NCBI GenBank assembly: GCA_052327205.1
Contig: CM126210.1
Coordinates: forward strand, 95,666,001-95,730,000
DNA length: 64,000 bases
Origin: Somniosus microcephalus
Taxonomy: Eukaryota
Direction: 5' to 3'
Shown here: in pieces, positions 1 through 12,800 of the stretch
Numbering within the stretch: the stretch's first letter is position 1
How the letters are laid out: every line of letters begins with the position of its first letter
Notes under the pieces: model-generated
What the model saw: the letters and a program-made list of their open reading frames with translations, nothing else
Told to the model about the DNA's origin: nothing
Database searches by the model: none
Translations under genes and position numbers: made by a program

Positions 1-434
1 GTTGTAAAGTTACTGTGGGTTAAATAAATGGTACCACTAAAAGATATGGTAAACTCATTTTAAATGTTGCCAGTTTTGAAAAGAAAGTCAAGCATTCTTA
101 AATGAACAAAATTATTTCAAGGCTATTGTGGTCAGAATTAAAAGTGGGATGAAAATGAAAGCTGATGACTTCATGCAGCTCTCCTACCCCTCAAGCTTGA
201 TAGCATAAAAGATAAATAAGCTGTAACAAATATTAGAGAGTGTGGAAAAGAGACAAATAAGTGAATGCGTGCTATGTAGAACAGGCCCCACTGACTAAAG
301 TCCAATTTTCTCATTGGCCTAACAGTGTGATTTTATCACATTTCACTTACAGCTATAGTAGCAGTAAACGTTCTGAACTTGGTATTTTGTTTATATATAA
401 TATATATCTGGAGTTGATTTACCATGCTGCAAGC

Positions 435-800
435 TTAACTTTTTTTAGCTGGTTCAGTTATGGGAGTGCTCTTATTGTACTTCTGTCCAATGCCATATGG
501 AACATGTGCTGCAATGGTCCCCATCTCCTGCGCTCCTTTAACATGGAACATCTGGTCATCAAAGAAAATATGTGGACGTATTTTTTCTAAGAGTGGCCCT
601 TTTGGTGCCCCAGCAAGGAAGAGTGCTTCGTCAACTTCCAGCCCCCAGCTGCGAAGAGTCTTCAAAGCCCTTGCTCCAGAACTTGCAGCACTTCTTGCTG
701 TGACAAGATAGGTCCTGATGGGGCAGTTCAAACGCAAATTCTTGGCATAAAACTTCTTCTGGAGTTTTCCTAATGCTTCCAAAAATCCTTTGAGTGGACC
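435..800 (-). CDS. NT5C1B: NT5C1 last coding exon ([11 protein letters not shown]...PAKKS*)
   Basis: Acceptor ttttccaaatAG at 801-802, stop TAA at 435-437. Confidence 0.96.
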   Translation of the reverse strand, partial: GPLKGFLEALGKLQKKFYAKNLRLNCPIRTYLVTARSAASSGARALKTLRSWGLEVDEALFLAGAPKGPLLEKIRPHIFFDDQMFHVKGAQEMGTIAAHVPYGIGQKYNKSTPITEPAKKS

Positions 801-3800
801 CTATTTGGAAAATAAATGAGTAAATTACACCTTTCAGAAACAATTGCTGTGTAATAGTTGCTAGATCAGATATCTTTAACCTCTATTTAAAGATAATTTC
901 TCATTTTACACTTCTGTCATTTGAGGTAATTGCTGGCACTATTACCAGTTACTACCTCAAAAGCACTTCTCCCCCCCACCCCACATACTTTCAAGTCAAG
1001 GCCAATTTGGATGAAGTGAAGTTGACAGCTTTCCCGACACTTTCCTGAAGTACTCCCAAAGCATAATCTGAGAAATCTCCAACCGATACAGGACAAGGCA
1101 AGATGCTCCTTTTCACCTTACACAGAATAGCAGTCCGACATTACCATGTACATTATCTACATTTTGTCTTGAGTGTCAAACTCAATTAAAAATCTGATGG
1201 GGTGGGATAGGAGTAATTTTATCTGGTTTAAAATAATCAAAACATCGCTAAATGTTTTTTTCAAAATGTTCTTCTCATTTCACTGTGTTTCTGCTTTTGC
1301 CAAATAACATAGAATCTTCAATGGAGTGTCCCTTCCCTGACCATTACTGATTTGAATCTTCCCTTCCCTTACTGTTTGGAAAATAAAAATACGTTTTTCA
1401 AAAATGTGTTACTGAATTTTGTGCTCACCAAAGGGAGTTGGTGCAGTAGAGGTTAGCATTTAGGAGGAGGGGGGATGGGGCGCTGAGGGGGCAAAGGATG
1501 GTCTGTCCAAAGATCTGAAGGCCTCAAATTTCCTTCCCTGCTGCTCCCTCACTGGTGAGCCCCTTATTCAAATGGAAATCGATCTCTCTTGGATCATTTG
1601 CTATTTTAATAGAGCATTATGGGGCTCATATACAGCTCTGTATGGCAGGCGCTGCTGGGAGATGCCTCAGTCAGAAGTTATTGTGGGAGCCAGTAAAGGG
1701 CAGACACCTCGCGGAAATAGGTTCAGCTTCCCGCTCCTCCACTCCCAGTACATTGGATTTCTGCCCCATTAAAGAGAGGAAGGTCGATATCTGCTTCCAG
1801 CTGCAGCAGTTTTCTTCTCCCTGCCTAATTCATTGTTCATACCAAAGGTTTTATTTTTATTTTAAGAGTAATTTGTGGTTGCATTGTTCCAGCAATTCGC
1901 ATATGGTGAGAATTCAGCCCAAGACAAGACATTTGAGGAAGCCACTGAATAGAAGATGCTGTCCCAGAAGGATTTATTCTGAGCCACTCGTGCATTCCTC
2001 TCACTACATGAATTGCATTCAAACATTCTAAAATATTTACCAGGATATCACATTTAAAAATGACACTACCTTCATGGAAAAAAAAGTTTGGCAAACTTTC
2101 CACTTATAAAAACAGAATGCAATGGCAACTTGCACTGAAACAGATCGCTTACGCTTAATGTTACTGGAACAAAAAAACATCTAGCTTCTCTCCCTCCCCA
2201 AATGAAGAAAGGTTTACTAAACACTCAAAACGGACCATGAAATGAGGTGGTAAGAAGTCCTGCTGGATTACCACAGGATGTCAGCCATACTCCATTTTTT
2301 CATCTGCCCAGCAGTGGCCTTTAGAAGTTCACATTTGAAGCAGGCGGGAGAGTCAGTAGTATACATAAAAAGGAATAGGCAAGAACCTCACTGCATTTTG
2401 CGACCATCAAGTATACTGAACACCAAATCCTCAGCATGCCAAGGAAACCTGGTGGGAAGTGAGCTTCGGGGTGGACTTTCAGGCTGCTCTATCAGTTGCC
2501 TGTAGACTTGTGCTTGCACCGAGAGTTATCTATTTCTTCACTTCTGCCAGCCTCTTTTGGGGTTCCTGTTCCTTCAGGCTCAGCAATGGCTGCTAATGGG
2601 TTGAGATACCTTTTGAGGCTGTCTAAAAGCTTTGTTTTTTGCCTCCTCCCCTCACCATTGTAAGACTTCCCTTTAGTAGTTTCATGCCAAGTGGACTTGA
2701 ACCAATGTCTTCCCTAGGCCCTTCTGAGATTGCACATGTTGTTGTGAATAATTATGCAAATATGCTTAGACTGAAGAATTGAAAGCGATTTGTACTAGAT
2801 TTTTCAGGCAAGAACTATGCAGAACTAGCATGGAGCTGCAGCTGAAAATCAGCCAGTGCCTCTTTGAAACTGTAAATAAAGCAGAAAGTATTATATAAGT
2901 GTCAATCTTACCTGTGCGAGTGGATTGTCTTCATACTTCTGCTCGTGTTCAAAGAATGTATCTAATCCATGAGCCTTTACAATCCTCTCTGACTCATCAG
3001 AGAAAAGAACGGCATCTCCGTCAAACGCCACTCTGAGCTGGTGAACTGAAAGCTGCAGGTCCTTCTTACTATGAAACATAGTAGCTGCTGCAATTCCTGA
3101 AATCAGGTAGGCAAAATAAAGCAAAATATTATTACAGAGCATAGTTGCTAAATAGTGTCATGCTGCTAGTAATCGTGTTAATACCACAAGAACTGTTCTA
3201 GTAATGCCACACCACAATCTAGCGAATGTTAAATTAAAATTTGAAAATGACTGAATCCCTAAAGGGACTCTAAAGGGACAGAGCGATTCTAAACATTCTT
3301 TTAACCGTGTAGATTAGAGGAGACCTATCCTAACACAAGGTGAAGCTCACAATGGAACACATTATCTGCATCCATCTCCCGCCCCCTTTTTCCAGCAGTA
3401 TCATATTTTGGGGTCTTTATTTAGTAAATTCCTTTGAAAAGCAACATTTACATGGGGTTACTGCCACCAACTCCCAATGTCTGAGTCTTGCGCAGCCAAT
3501 AGCTAACTCAAGGTAAACTTGCTGGATTTGCCAATGTCAGCTAGTAGGATGATCAACATATTTTTGCTAATAAGGTTTTCCTGGTAGCTGATATTAACAA
3601 ATATGGTAAATTTGCTTTGGGGTGCTACTTACTACCCAAGATTTGCTCATTGGAAGCCAGCAGCACTGCCACAAGACTAAACCAATATAAAAACAGTTAA
3701 ACTGTGCAATCAATTCAACAACATGTATTTATATAGTGCCCTTAACATAGTAAAATGTCCCAAGGCTCTTCACAGGAGTATTAGAAGACAAAAAATGTGA

Positions 3801-6800
3801 CACCGAGCCACATAAGGAGAAATGAGGGCAGCTGACCAAAAGCTTGGGCAAAGAGTGAGGGTTTAAGGAGCGTCTTAAAAGGAGGAAATAGAGGTAGCGA
3901 GGCAGAGCGGTTTAGGCAGGGAATTCCAGCGCTTAGGGCCAAGGCAACAGAAGGCACAGTCACCAATGGAGGAGCGATTATAATCAGGGATGCTCAAGAG
4001 GGCAGAATTAGAGGAGTGCAGATATCTCGGGGGGGGGGTGGGGTGGGGGCGGAAGTAGATTACAGAGATAAGGAGGGGCGAATGACACAAAACTTGGATG
4101 TATAGTTAACAGTGAGGAGGAGAGTGATAGACGTCAGGAAGATTTAGACAGGCTAGTGAAATGGGCGGACACGTGGCAGATGAAATTTAATGCAGAAAAG
4201 TGTGAAGTGATACCTTTTGGTAGAAAGAGGAGAGAACATATAAACTAAATGGTACAATCCTAAAGTGGGTGCACAAACAGAGAGACCTAGGGGTATATGT
4301 GCACAAATCGTTGAAGGTGGCAGGGCGGATTGAGAAAGCAGTTAAAAAGGCTTATGGGATCCTGGACTTCACAAATAGAGGTATAGAGTTCAAAAGTGTG
4401 GAAATTATGATGAACCTGTATAAAATATTGGTTCGGCCCCAACTGGAGTATTGTGTCCAATTCTGGGCACCGCACTTTAGGAAGGATGTGAAAGCCTTTG
4501 AGAAGGTGCAGAAAAGATTAACGAGAATGATTCCAGGTATGAGGGACTTCAGTAACGTTGATAGACTGGAGAAGCTGGGGTTGTTCTCCTTGGAGTAGAG
4601 AAGATTGAGAGGAGATTTGATAGAGGTGTTCAAAATCATGAGGGGTCTGGACAAAGTGGATAGAGAGAAACCGTTCCCACTGGCAGAAGGGTCGAGAACC
4701 AGAGGACACAGATTAAAAGTGATTGACAAAAGAACCAAAGGCAATGTAAGAAGAAAATGTACGCAGCGAGTGGTTAGGATCTGGAATTCACTTCCTGAAA
4801 GGGTGGTGGAAGCAGACTCAATCTTATCTTTCAAAAGGGAGTTCGATAAGTATCTGAAGGAAAAAAAATTGCACGGCTACAGGAAAAGCACAGGGGAGTG
4901 GGACTAGCTGAAAGATGGCATGGGCTCGACGGGCCGAATGGCCGCCTTCTGTGCTGTAACCATTCTATGAAGGGCGAGGCCATGGAGGGATTTGAAAACA
5001 AGGATGAGAATTTTGAAATAGAGGTGTTGGTTAACCGGGAGCCAACGTAGGTCAGCGAGCACAGGGGCAATGGGTGAACGGGGCTTGGTGCGAGTTAGGA
5101 CACGGGCAACCGAGTCTTGGATCACCTCAAGTTTACATAGGGTAGAATGTGGGAGGCCAGCCAGGAGTGCGTTGGAATAGTCAAGTCTAGAGCTGAGGCA
5201 AGGGCGGAGACGGGCGATGTTACGGAGGTGGAAATAGGTGGTCTTAGTTATGCTGTGGATGTGTGGTCGGAAGATCATTTCAGGGTCAAATATGACACCA
5301 AGGTTGCAAACAGAGTGGTTCAGCCTCAGACAGATGTTAGGGAGAGGGATGGAGTCAGTGGCTAGGGAATGGAGTTTGTGGCGGGGACCGAAAACAATGG
5401 CTTCGGTCTTTCCAATATTTAATTGGAGAAAATTTCTGCTCATCCAGAACTGGATGTCGGACAAGCAGTCTGACAATTTAGAGACCGTGGAGGGGTTGAG
5501 AGAAGTGGTGCTGAGGTAGAGCTGGGTGTCATCAGCGTACATGTGTAAACTGACGCAGTGTTTTCGGATGATGTCACCAAGGGGCAACATGTAGATGAGA
5601 AATAGGAGGGAGCCAAGGATAGATCCTTGGGGGACACCAGAGGTAATGATGCGGGAGTGGGAAGAGAAGCCATTGCAGATGATTCTCTGGCTATGATTAG
5701 ATAGATTAGAATGGAACCAGGCGAGTGCAGTCCCACCCAGCTGGACGACGGTGGAGGCTTTGCATTCCAAAATGGCATGCTATTACCCAACTCCACCCCC
5801 TCAACCCATGAAAGACATTACAGATGAGCCTGCTCCTGTCCTCGCCCAGAGTGGGCAGCACAGATTGATTCTAAACGGAGTGCTTCTAGACAGAGTGCTA
5901 AATTGGGAATTTGGAGAGAGTGGTAATTTGGAGCAGAGGGGGAACGAGGAGAGCGCGAGAGGAGTGGCCAGAGATTAAGGTAGGCGCGAGAGCCCGGAGG
6001 GAGTGCGAGCGTCAGGGAGCAAGGTGAGTGACATCAGCACAAGGGAAGGAGCTGAAGAGAAAAAAACCAAACTGGCGAGTAGCTGGTGATTGTTCTTTTT
6101 TAAGTCTTGAATTTATTTCTGTTGTTAGTTAATAATCTATTAAGTAGATGCATGGCAGGGCACCTCAGTCCTGTGGAATGCACATCTTGTGCCATGTGGG
6201 AACTCCAGGACGCTTCCCCAGTCCTGGACAACAACGTATGCAGGAAGTGTCATCAGCTGGAGGAGCTCAAGCTCCAGGTTTTGGAGCTTGAGCAGCAGCT
6301 GGCGACACTGCGGTGCAACCGTGAGGCTGAGAGCTACGTGGATAGCACGTTTCAGGAGGTGGTCACCCCGCAGTGTAAGGGTGTGCAGGTAGAGAGGGAA
6401 TGGGTGACTGTCAGACAGACAAGGAGGACCAGGCAGGTAGTGCAGGAGTCCTCTGAGTGTATCTCACTCTCTAACCGCTGGCGAGGGCGATGATTCCTCT
6501 GGAGAGTACAGCCAGAGCCAAGTCCACAGCACCACGGGTGGCTCAGCTGTATCGTGGGTGGGGGGGAGGGAGGAAGATCGGGAAAGCAATAATGGTAGGT
6601 GATTCGATAGTTAGGGGAACAGACAGGCGTTTCTACAGCCGCAGACGTGTTTCCAGGATGGTATGTTGCCTCCCTGGTGCCAGGGTCAAGGATGTCACTG
6701 AGCCGCTGCAGAACATTCTGAAGGGGGGGGGGGGGGAGGATGAAGAGCCAGAGGTCGTGGTCCATATCGGTATCAACGACATAGGTAGAAAGAGGGATGA

Positions 6801-9800
6801 GGTCCTGCAGGCAGATTTTAAGGAGCTAGGAGATTAAAAAGGAGGACCTCAAAAGGTTGTAATCTCCGGATTACTCCAGGTGCCACGAGCTAGTGAGTAT
6901 AGAAATAGGAGGATAGAGATGATGAATGGATGGCTGGAGAGATGGTGCAGGAGAGAGGGCTTCAGATTCCTGGGACATTGGGACCGGTTCTGAGGGAGGT
7001 GGGTCCTGTACAGGCTGGACGGGTTGCACCTCAACAGAGCCAGGACCAATGTCCTTGTGGCGGGGTTTGCTCGTGCTGTTGGGGAAGGTTTAAACTAATT
7101 TGGCAGGGGGTTGGGCAGAATGTAGCATTAGAAAGAATAAACAAAGTGCACAGAGGACTGGGAGAGACAGATAGCACTAGCGTAAGGTATAGTACAGTAT
7201 TAAGTGGGGTCAGACTAAGAGAATACAAGAAGGGATAAGATAGGGTTACAGTGCATGTGTGTAAATGCACGAAGTGTGGTAAATAAGGTTGGTGAGCTGC
7301 AGGCACAAAGAGCCACATGGGAATATGATGTCATGGTGATAATGGAGACCTGGCTCAAAAAAGGGCAGGATTTATTTTAAATATTCCTGGATATAAGGGG
7401 CTAAAAATTTGCGACGCTAACTTTGCCGGGGCGCTACTTTTAGTGCCCCAGAAAAATTAGCGCCCCCACGCCGGAAATTGAGTGGTTGTGCCCCAAGAGG
7501 GAAGCGGGGCGCTAGTGGAAGCGACCCGCATTCCTCTTGGGGAACTGCGAGTCAATATCGCGGCGCTACGTGCCTTCTTAAAGGGGAGGGGCCTTGCGCA
7601 GCGCGACCTGGGGCCCAGCTGGGTCCCCGGGGACTGGGAGTGCCAGCAAAAGTGCCCAGCACTCGAGAAGAGCCGGGCTCTTGGAGCGCAGCCGGCACTC
7701 CGCGGGGGAGGGGCAGTTCAGGAGGCCGGGGACGGGAGTGCAGGCAGGTGGCCAGCAACAAAAATGGCCGGCCCGCACCTCGCCTTTAAATAGCGCCTCC
7801 TCGGCTGCAGGCAGACCCCCTGACGCTGTCGAACATAGCGTCCGGTGGCAAGTCAGGGGGCACTCCCGAAGTTCGCGGCCGGAGCGCGAGCGGGGCGCTG
7901 CGGACGGCGTTGACGTCATCGCCGGCGGCACAGCGTCGCCGCTAACCTCCCGCTAAGTTTCACGGGAGGCGCTGCACCTGGGCGCTAGTTGCTTTGCGCC
8001 CTCTTAGGCGCAAAGCAACCCAATTTTCCTCCCAAGGTGTTCAGGAAAGATAGGGAAGGAAAGAAAGGAGGTGGGGTGGCAGTATTGGTTAAGGAGAATG
8101 TTACAGTGATGGAGAGAGAGGATATCCTGGAGGGGTCAAGGACAGAATCTATTTGGTTAGAGTTAAGAAATAATAGAGGTGCCATTACACTATTAGGTGT
8201 AGTCTATAGCCACCAACTAGTGGGAAACATGTAGAGGAGCAAATCTGCAGGGAAATCCTGTGGCAATCAGAGAAATCAAGGGTTTAAAACAAACATGGCC
8301 ACAGTAAATAATAATTCTAAAAGGTCTAAGAGCGTTAAAAAAACAAGCCTGAAGGCTTTGTGTCTTAATGCAAGGAGCATTCGTAATAAGGTGGATGAAT
8401 TAGCAGCGCAAATAGAGGTAAATGAATATGCTATGAATGGAATTACGGAAACATGGCTCCAGGGGGACCAAGGCTGGCAACTCAACATCCAGGGGTATTC
8501 AATATTCAGGAAAGATAGGCAAAAAGGAAAAGGAGGTGGGCTAGCATTGCTGGTTAAAGAGGCGATGAACACAATTGTAAGGAAATAAATGAGCTCTGAT
8601 GATGTGGACTCTGTATGGGTAGAACTGAGAAATACCAAAGGTCAGAAAACGTTAGTGGGAGTGGTGTATAGGCCCCTAAACAGTAATGCAGAGGCTGGGG
8701 ATGGCATTAAAAGGAAAATTAGAGAAGCGTGCAATAAGGGCACAGCAGTCATCATGGGTGACTTTAATCTACATATAGATTGGGCTAACCAAATTAGTAA
8801 CAATACTGTGGAGGAGGAATTCCTGGAGTGTATACGGGATGGTTTCCTGGACCAATATGTCGAGGAACCAACTAGGGATCAGGCCATCTTAGACTGGGTA
8901 TTATGCAATGAGAAAGGATTAATTAGCAATCTTGTTGTGCGAGGCCCCTTGGGTCGGAGCGATCATAATATGATCGAATTCTTCATTAAGATGGAGAGTG
9001 AAGTAGTTGACACAGAGACTAAGGTCCTGAATTTAAATAAAGGGAACTATGATGGTATGAGATGCGAGTTGGGTAGGGTTAATTGGGTAATGTCACTCAA
9101 AGGGTTGACGGTGGATAGGCAATGGCAAACATTCAAAGATCGCATGGATGAACTACAGAATCTGTTTATCCCAGTTTGGCATAAAAAAACAAAACAAAAA
9201 CGGTGACTCCACCGTGGCTAACAAGGGAAATTCGGGATAACATAAGATCCAAAGAGAGGACATATAAATTGGCCAAAACAAGCAGCAAACCTGAGGATTG
9301 GGAGCAGTTTAGGATTCAGCAAAGGAGGACAAAGGGATTAATTAAGAGGGGGAAAATAGATTATGAAAGTAAGCTTGCAGGGAACATAAAAACTGACTGT
9401 AAAAGCTTTTATAGATATGTGAAGAGAAAAAAATTGGTGAAGTCAAGCGTACATCTCTTACAGTCAGAATCAGGGGAATTTATAATTGGGAACAAAGAAA
9501 TGGCGGACCAATTAAATGCATATTTTGGTTCTATCTTCACAGAGGACACAAATAACCTCCCAGAGATGTCGGGGAACATAGGGTCTAATGAGAGGGAGGA
9601 ACTGAAAGAAATCAGTATTTGTAGGGAAATGGTGTTGGGGAAGTTGACGGGATTGAAGGCCGATAAATCCCCAGGGCCTGATAATCTACATCCCAGGGTA
9701 CTTAAGGAAGTGGCCCTGGAGATAGTAGATGCATTGCTGGTCATCTTCCAGAACTCAATAGACTCTGGAACAGTACCCATGGATTGGAGGGTAGCTAATG

Positions 9801-12800
9801 TTACCTCACTATTCAAAAAAGGTGGTAGAGAAAAAGCGGGGAATTATAGACCGGTAAGCCGGTCATCGGTAGTGGGGAAAATGCTAGAGTCCATTATAAA
9901 TGATGTAATAGCAGAGCACTTGGAAAGCAGTGACAGGATCGGACAAAGTCAACATGGATTTACAAAAGCTAAATCGTGCTTGACTAATCTACTGGAATTT
10001 TTTTGAGGAAGTAACTGGTAAAATAGATAAGGGAGAACCAGTGGATGTGGTGTATTTGGGCTTTCGGAAGGCTTTCGATAAGGTCCTGCATAAGAGATTA
10101 GCATGCAAAATTAAGGCACATGGGATTGGTGGCAAGGTATTGACTTGGATAGAGAACTGGTTGGCAGATAGAAAGCAAAAAGTTGGAATAAACGGGTCGT
10201 TTTCCGAGTGGCAGGCAGTGACTAGTGGGGTACCGCAAGGATCGGTCCTCGGACCCCAGCTGTTCACAATATATATTAATGATCTGGACGAGGGAATTGG
10301 ATGTAGTATCTCCAAATTTGCAGACGACACAAAGCTGGGTGGGAGGGTATGCTGTGAGGAGGATGTCGTGAAACTCCAATACGATTTGGACAGGTTGGGT
10401 GATTGGGCAGAAACATGGCAAATGCACTATACTGTGGATAAAGGTGAGGTTATCCACTTTGGTGGCAAAAACAGGAAGGCAGATTATTATTTGAATGGCA
10501 ATAGATTGGGAGAAGGGGAAGTGCAAAGAGACCTGGGTGTTCTTGTGCACCAGTCGCTGAAGGTAAGCATGCAGGTGCAGCAGGCGGGTAAGAAGGCAAG
10601 TGGTATGTTGGCCTTCGTAGCAAGAGGGTTCGAGTACAGGAACAAGGATGTCTTACTGCAGTTGTACAGGGCCTTGGTGAGACCGCACCTTGAGTATTGT
10701 GTGCAGTTTTGGTCGCCTTATCTGAGGAAGGATGTCCTTGCCATGGAAGGAGTGCAGCAAAGATTCACCAGGCTGATACCTGGGTGGCAGGAATGACGTA
10801 TGAAGAGAGATTGTGTCGATTGGGCTTATACTCACTGGAGTTTAGAAGATTGAGAGGGGATCTCATTGAAACCTATAAAATTCTGTCAGGCCTGGACAGA
10901 CTAGATGCAGGAAGGATGTTCCCGATGGCAGGGGAGTCCAGAACCAGGGGTCATAGTTTAAGGATAAGGGGTAAGCCATTTAGGACTGAGATGAGGAGGA
11001 ATTTCTTCACCCAGAGAGTGGTGAACCTGTGGAATTCTCTGCCACAGAGGGTGGTGGAGGCCAGTTCATTAAATATATTCAAGAAGGAGTTGGATATATT
11101 TCTTAAGGCTAAAGGGATCAAGGGATATGGGGAGAAGGCAGGGACAGGGTACTGAATTTGGATGATCAGCCATGATCTCATTGAATGGCGGAGCAGGCTC
11201 GAGGGGCCAAATGGCCTACTCCTGCTCCTATCTTCTATGAAATTACAGAGAGGTGCAAGAACTATAGAGTAGTGGTAATGGGGGACTTCAATTATCCTAA
11301 TATAGACTGGGATAGTAATAGTGCAAAGGGCAGAAAGGGGGAAGAATTTCTGAAGTGTGTTCAGCAGAACTTTCTTGATCAGTACGTTTCCGGCCCAACG
11401 AGGAAGGAGGCATTGCTGGATCTGGTTCTGGGGAATGGGGTGGGTCAAGTGGAGCAAGTGTAGGGGAACATTTAGGGATCAGCGATCATAGTATCATAAG
11501 ATTTAGATTTCCTATGGAAAAGGACAGGGAGCAATCTAGTGTAAAAATACTTAATTGGAGGAAGGCAAATTTCAGTGGGTTGAGAACGGATTTGGCCTGG
11601 GTAAATTGAAATCAAAGATTGGCAGGCAAAACTGTAATCGCACAGCAGGCTGCCTTTAAAGAGATGGTTCGGATATAGTCGGGGTACATTCCCACAAGGG
11701 GGAAAGATAGGGCAACTAAAGCCAGAGCTCCCTGGATGAGAAAAGAGATAGAGAGTAAGATGAAGCAGAAAAAGAGCAGGTATGACAGATGTCAAGTTGA
11801 GAATACAAGTGAGAATCAGGCTGAATATAGAAAGTTCAGAGGGGAAGTGAAAAAGAAAATAAGAGGAGCAAAGAGAGAGTATGAGAATAGATTGGCAGCC
11901 AACATAAAAGGGAATTCAAAAGTCTTCTATAGGCATATAAATAATAAATGGGTAGTAAGAGGGGTGAGGCCGATTAGGGACCAAAATGGAGACCTATGCA
12001 AGGAGGCAGAGGACATGGCTGAGGTACTAAATGAGTACTTTGTATCTATCTTCACCAAGGAAGGAGATGCTGCCAGTCATAGTGAAAGTGGAGGTAGTGG
12101 AGATACTGGATGAGATAAAAATTGATAGGAGGTACTAGAAAGACTGTCTGTACTTAAAGTTGCTAAGTCACCAGGATCAGATGAGATGCATCCTAGGATG
12201 CTGAAGGAAGTTAAGGAGGAAATCGCGGCGGTACTGGCCATAATCTTCCAATCCTCCTTAGGTACGGGTGTGGTGCCAAAGGATTGGAGAATTGCAAATG
12301 TTACAACCTTGTTCAAAAAAAGGGTGCAAGGATAAACCCAGCAACTATATGCCAGTCAGTTTAACCTCAGTAGTGGGAAACATTTAGAAATGATATTCCG
12401 GGACAAAATTAACAGTCACTTGGACAAGTGTGGATTAATTAAGGAAAGCCAGCATGGATTTGTTAAAGGCAAATTGTGTTTAACTAACTTGACTGAGTTT
12501 TTTGATGAGGCAACAGAGAGGGTTGATGAGGGCAATGCGGTTGACATGGTGTACATGGATTTCCAAAAGGCGTTTAATAAAGTGCCACATAATAGGCTTG
12601 CCAGCAAAGTTGAAGCCCATGGAATAAAAGGGACAGTGGCAGCATGTATACGAAATTGGCTAAGTGACAGGATACAGAGAGTAGTTGTGAACGGTTGTTT
12701 TTTGGACTTGAGGAAGGTATACAGTGGTGTTCCCCAGGGGTCGGTACTAGAACCACTGCTTTTCCTCATATATATTAATGACTTGGACTTGGGTGTACAG

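Noticed and set aside
1555-2505. ORFs in intron 5
   Set aside because: No recognisable domains or splice support.
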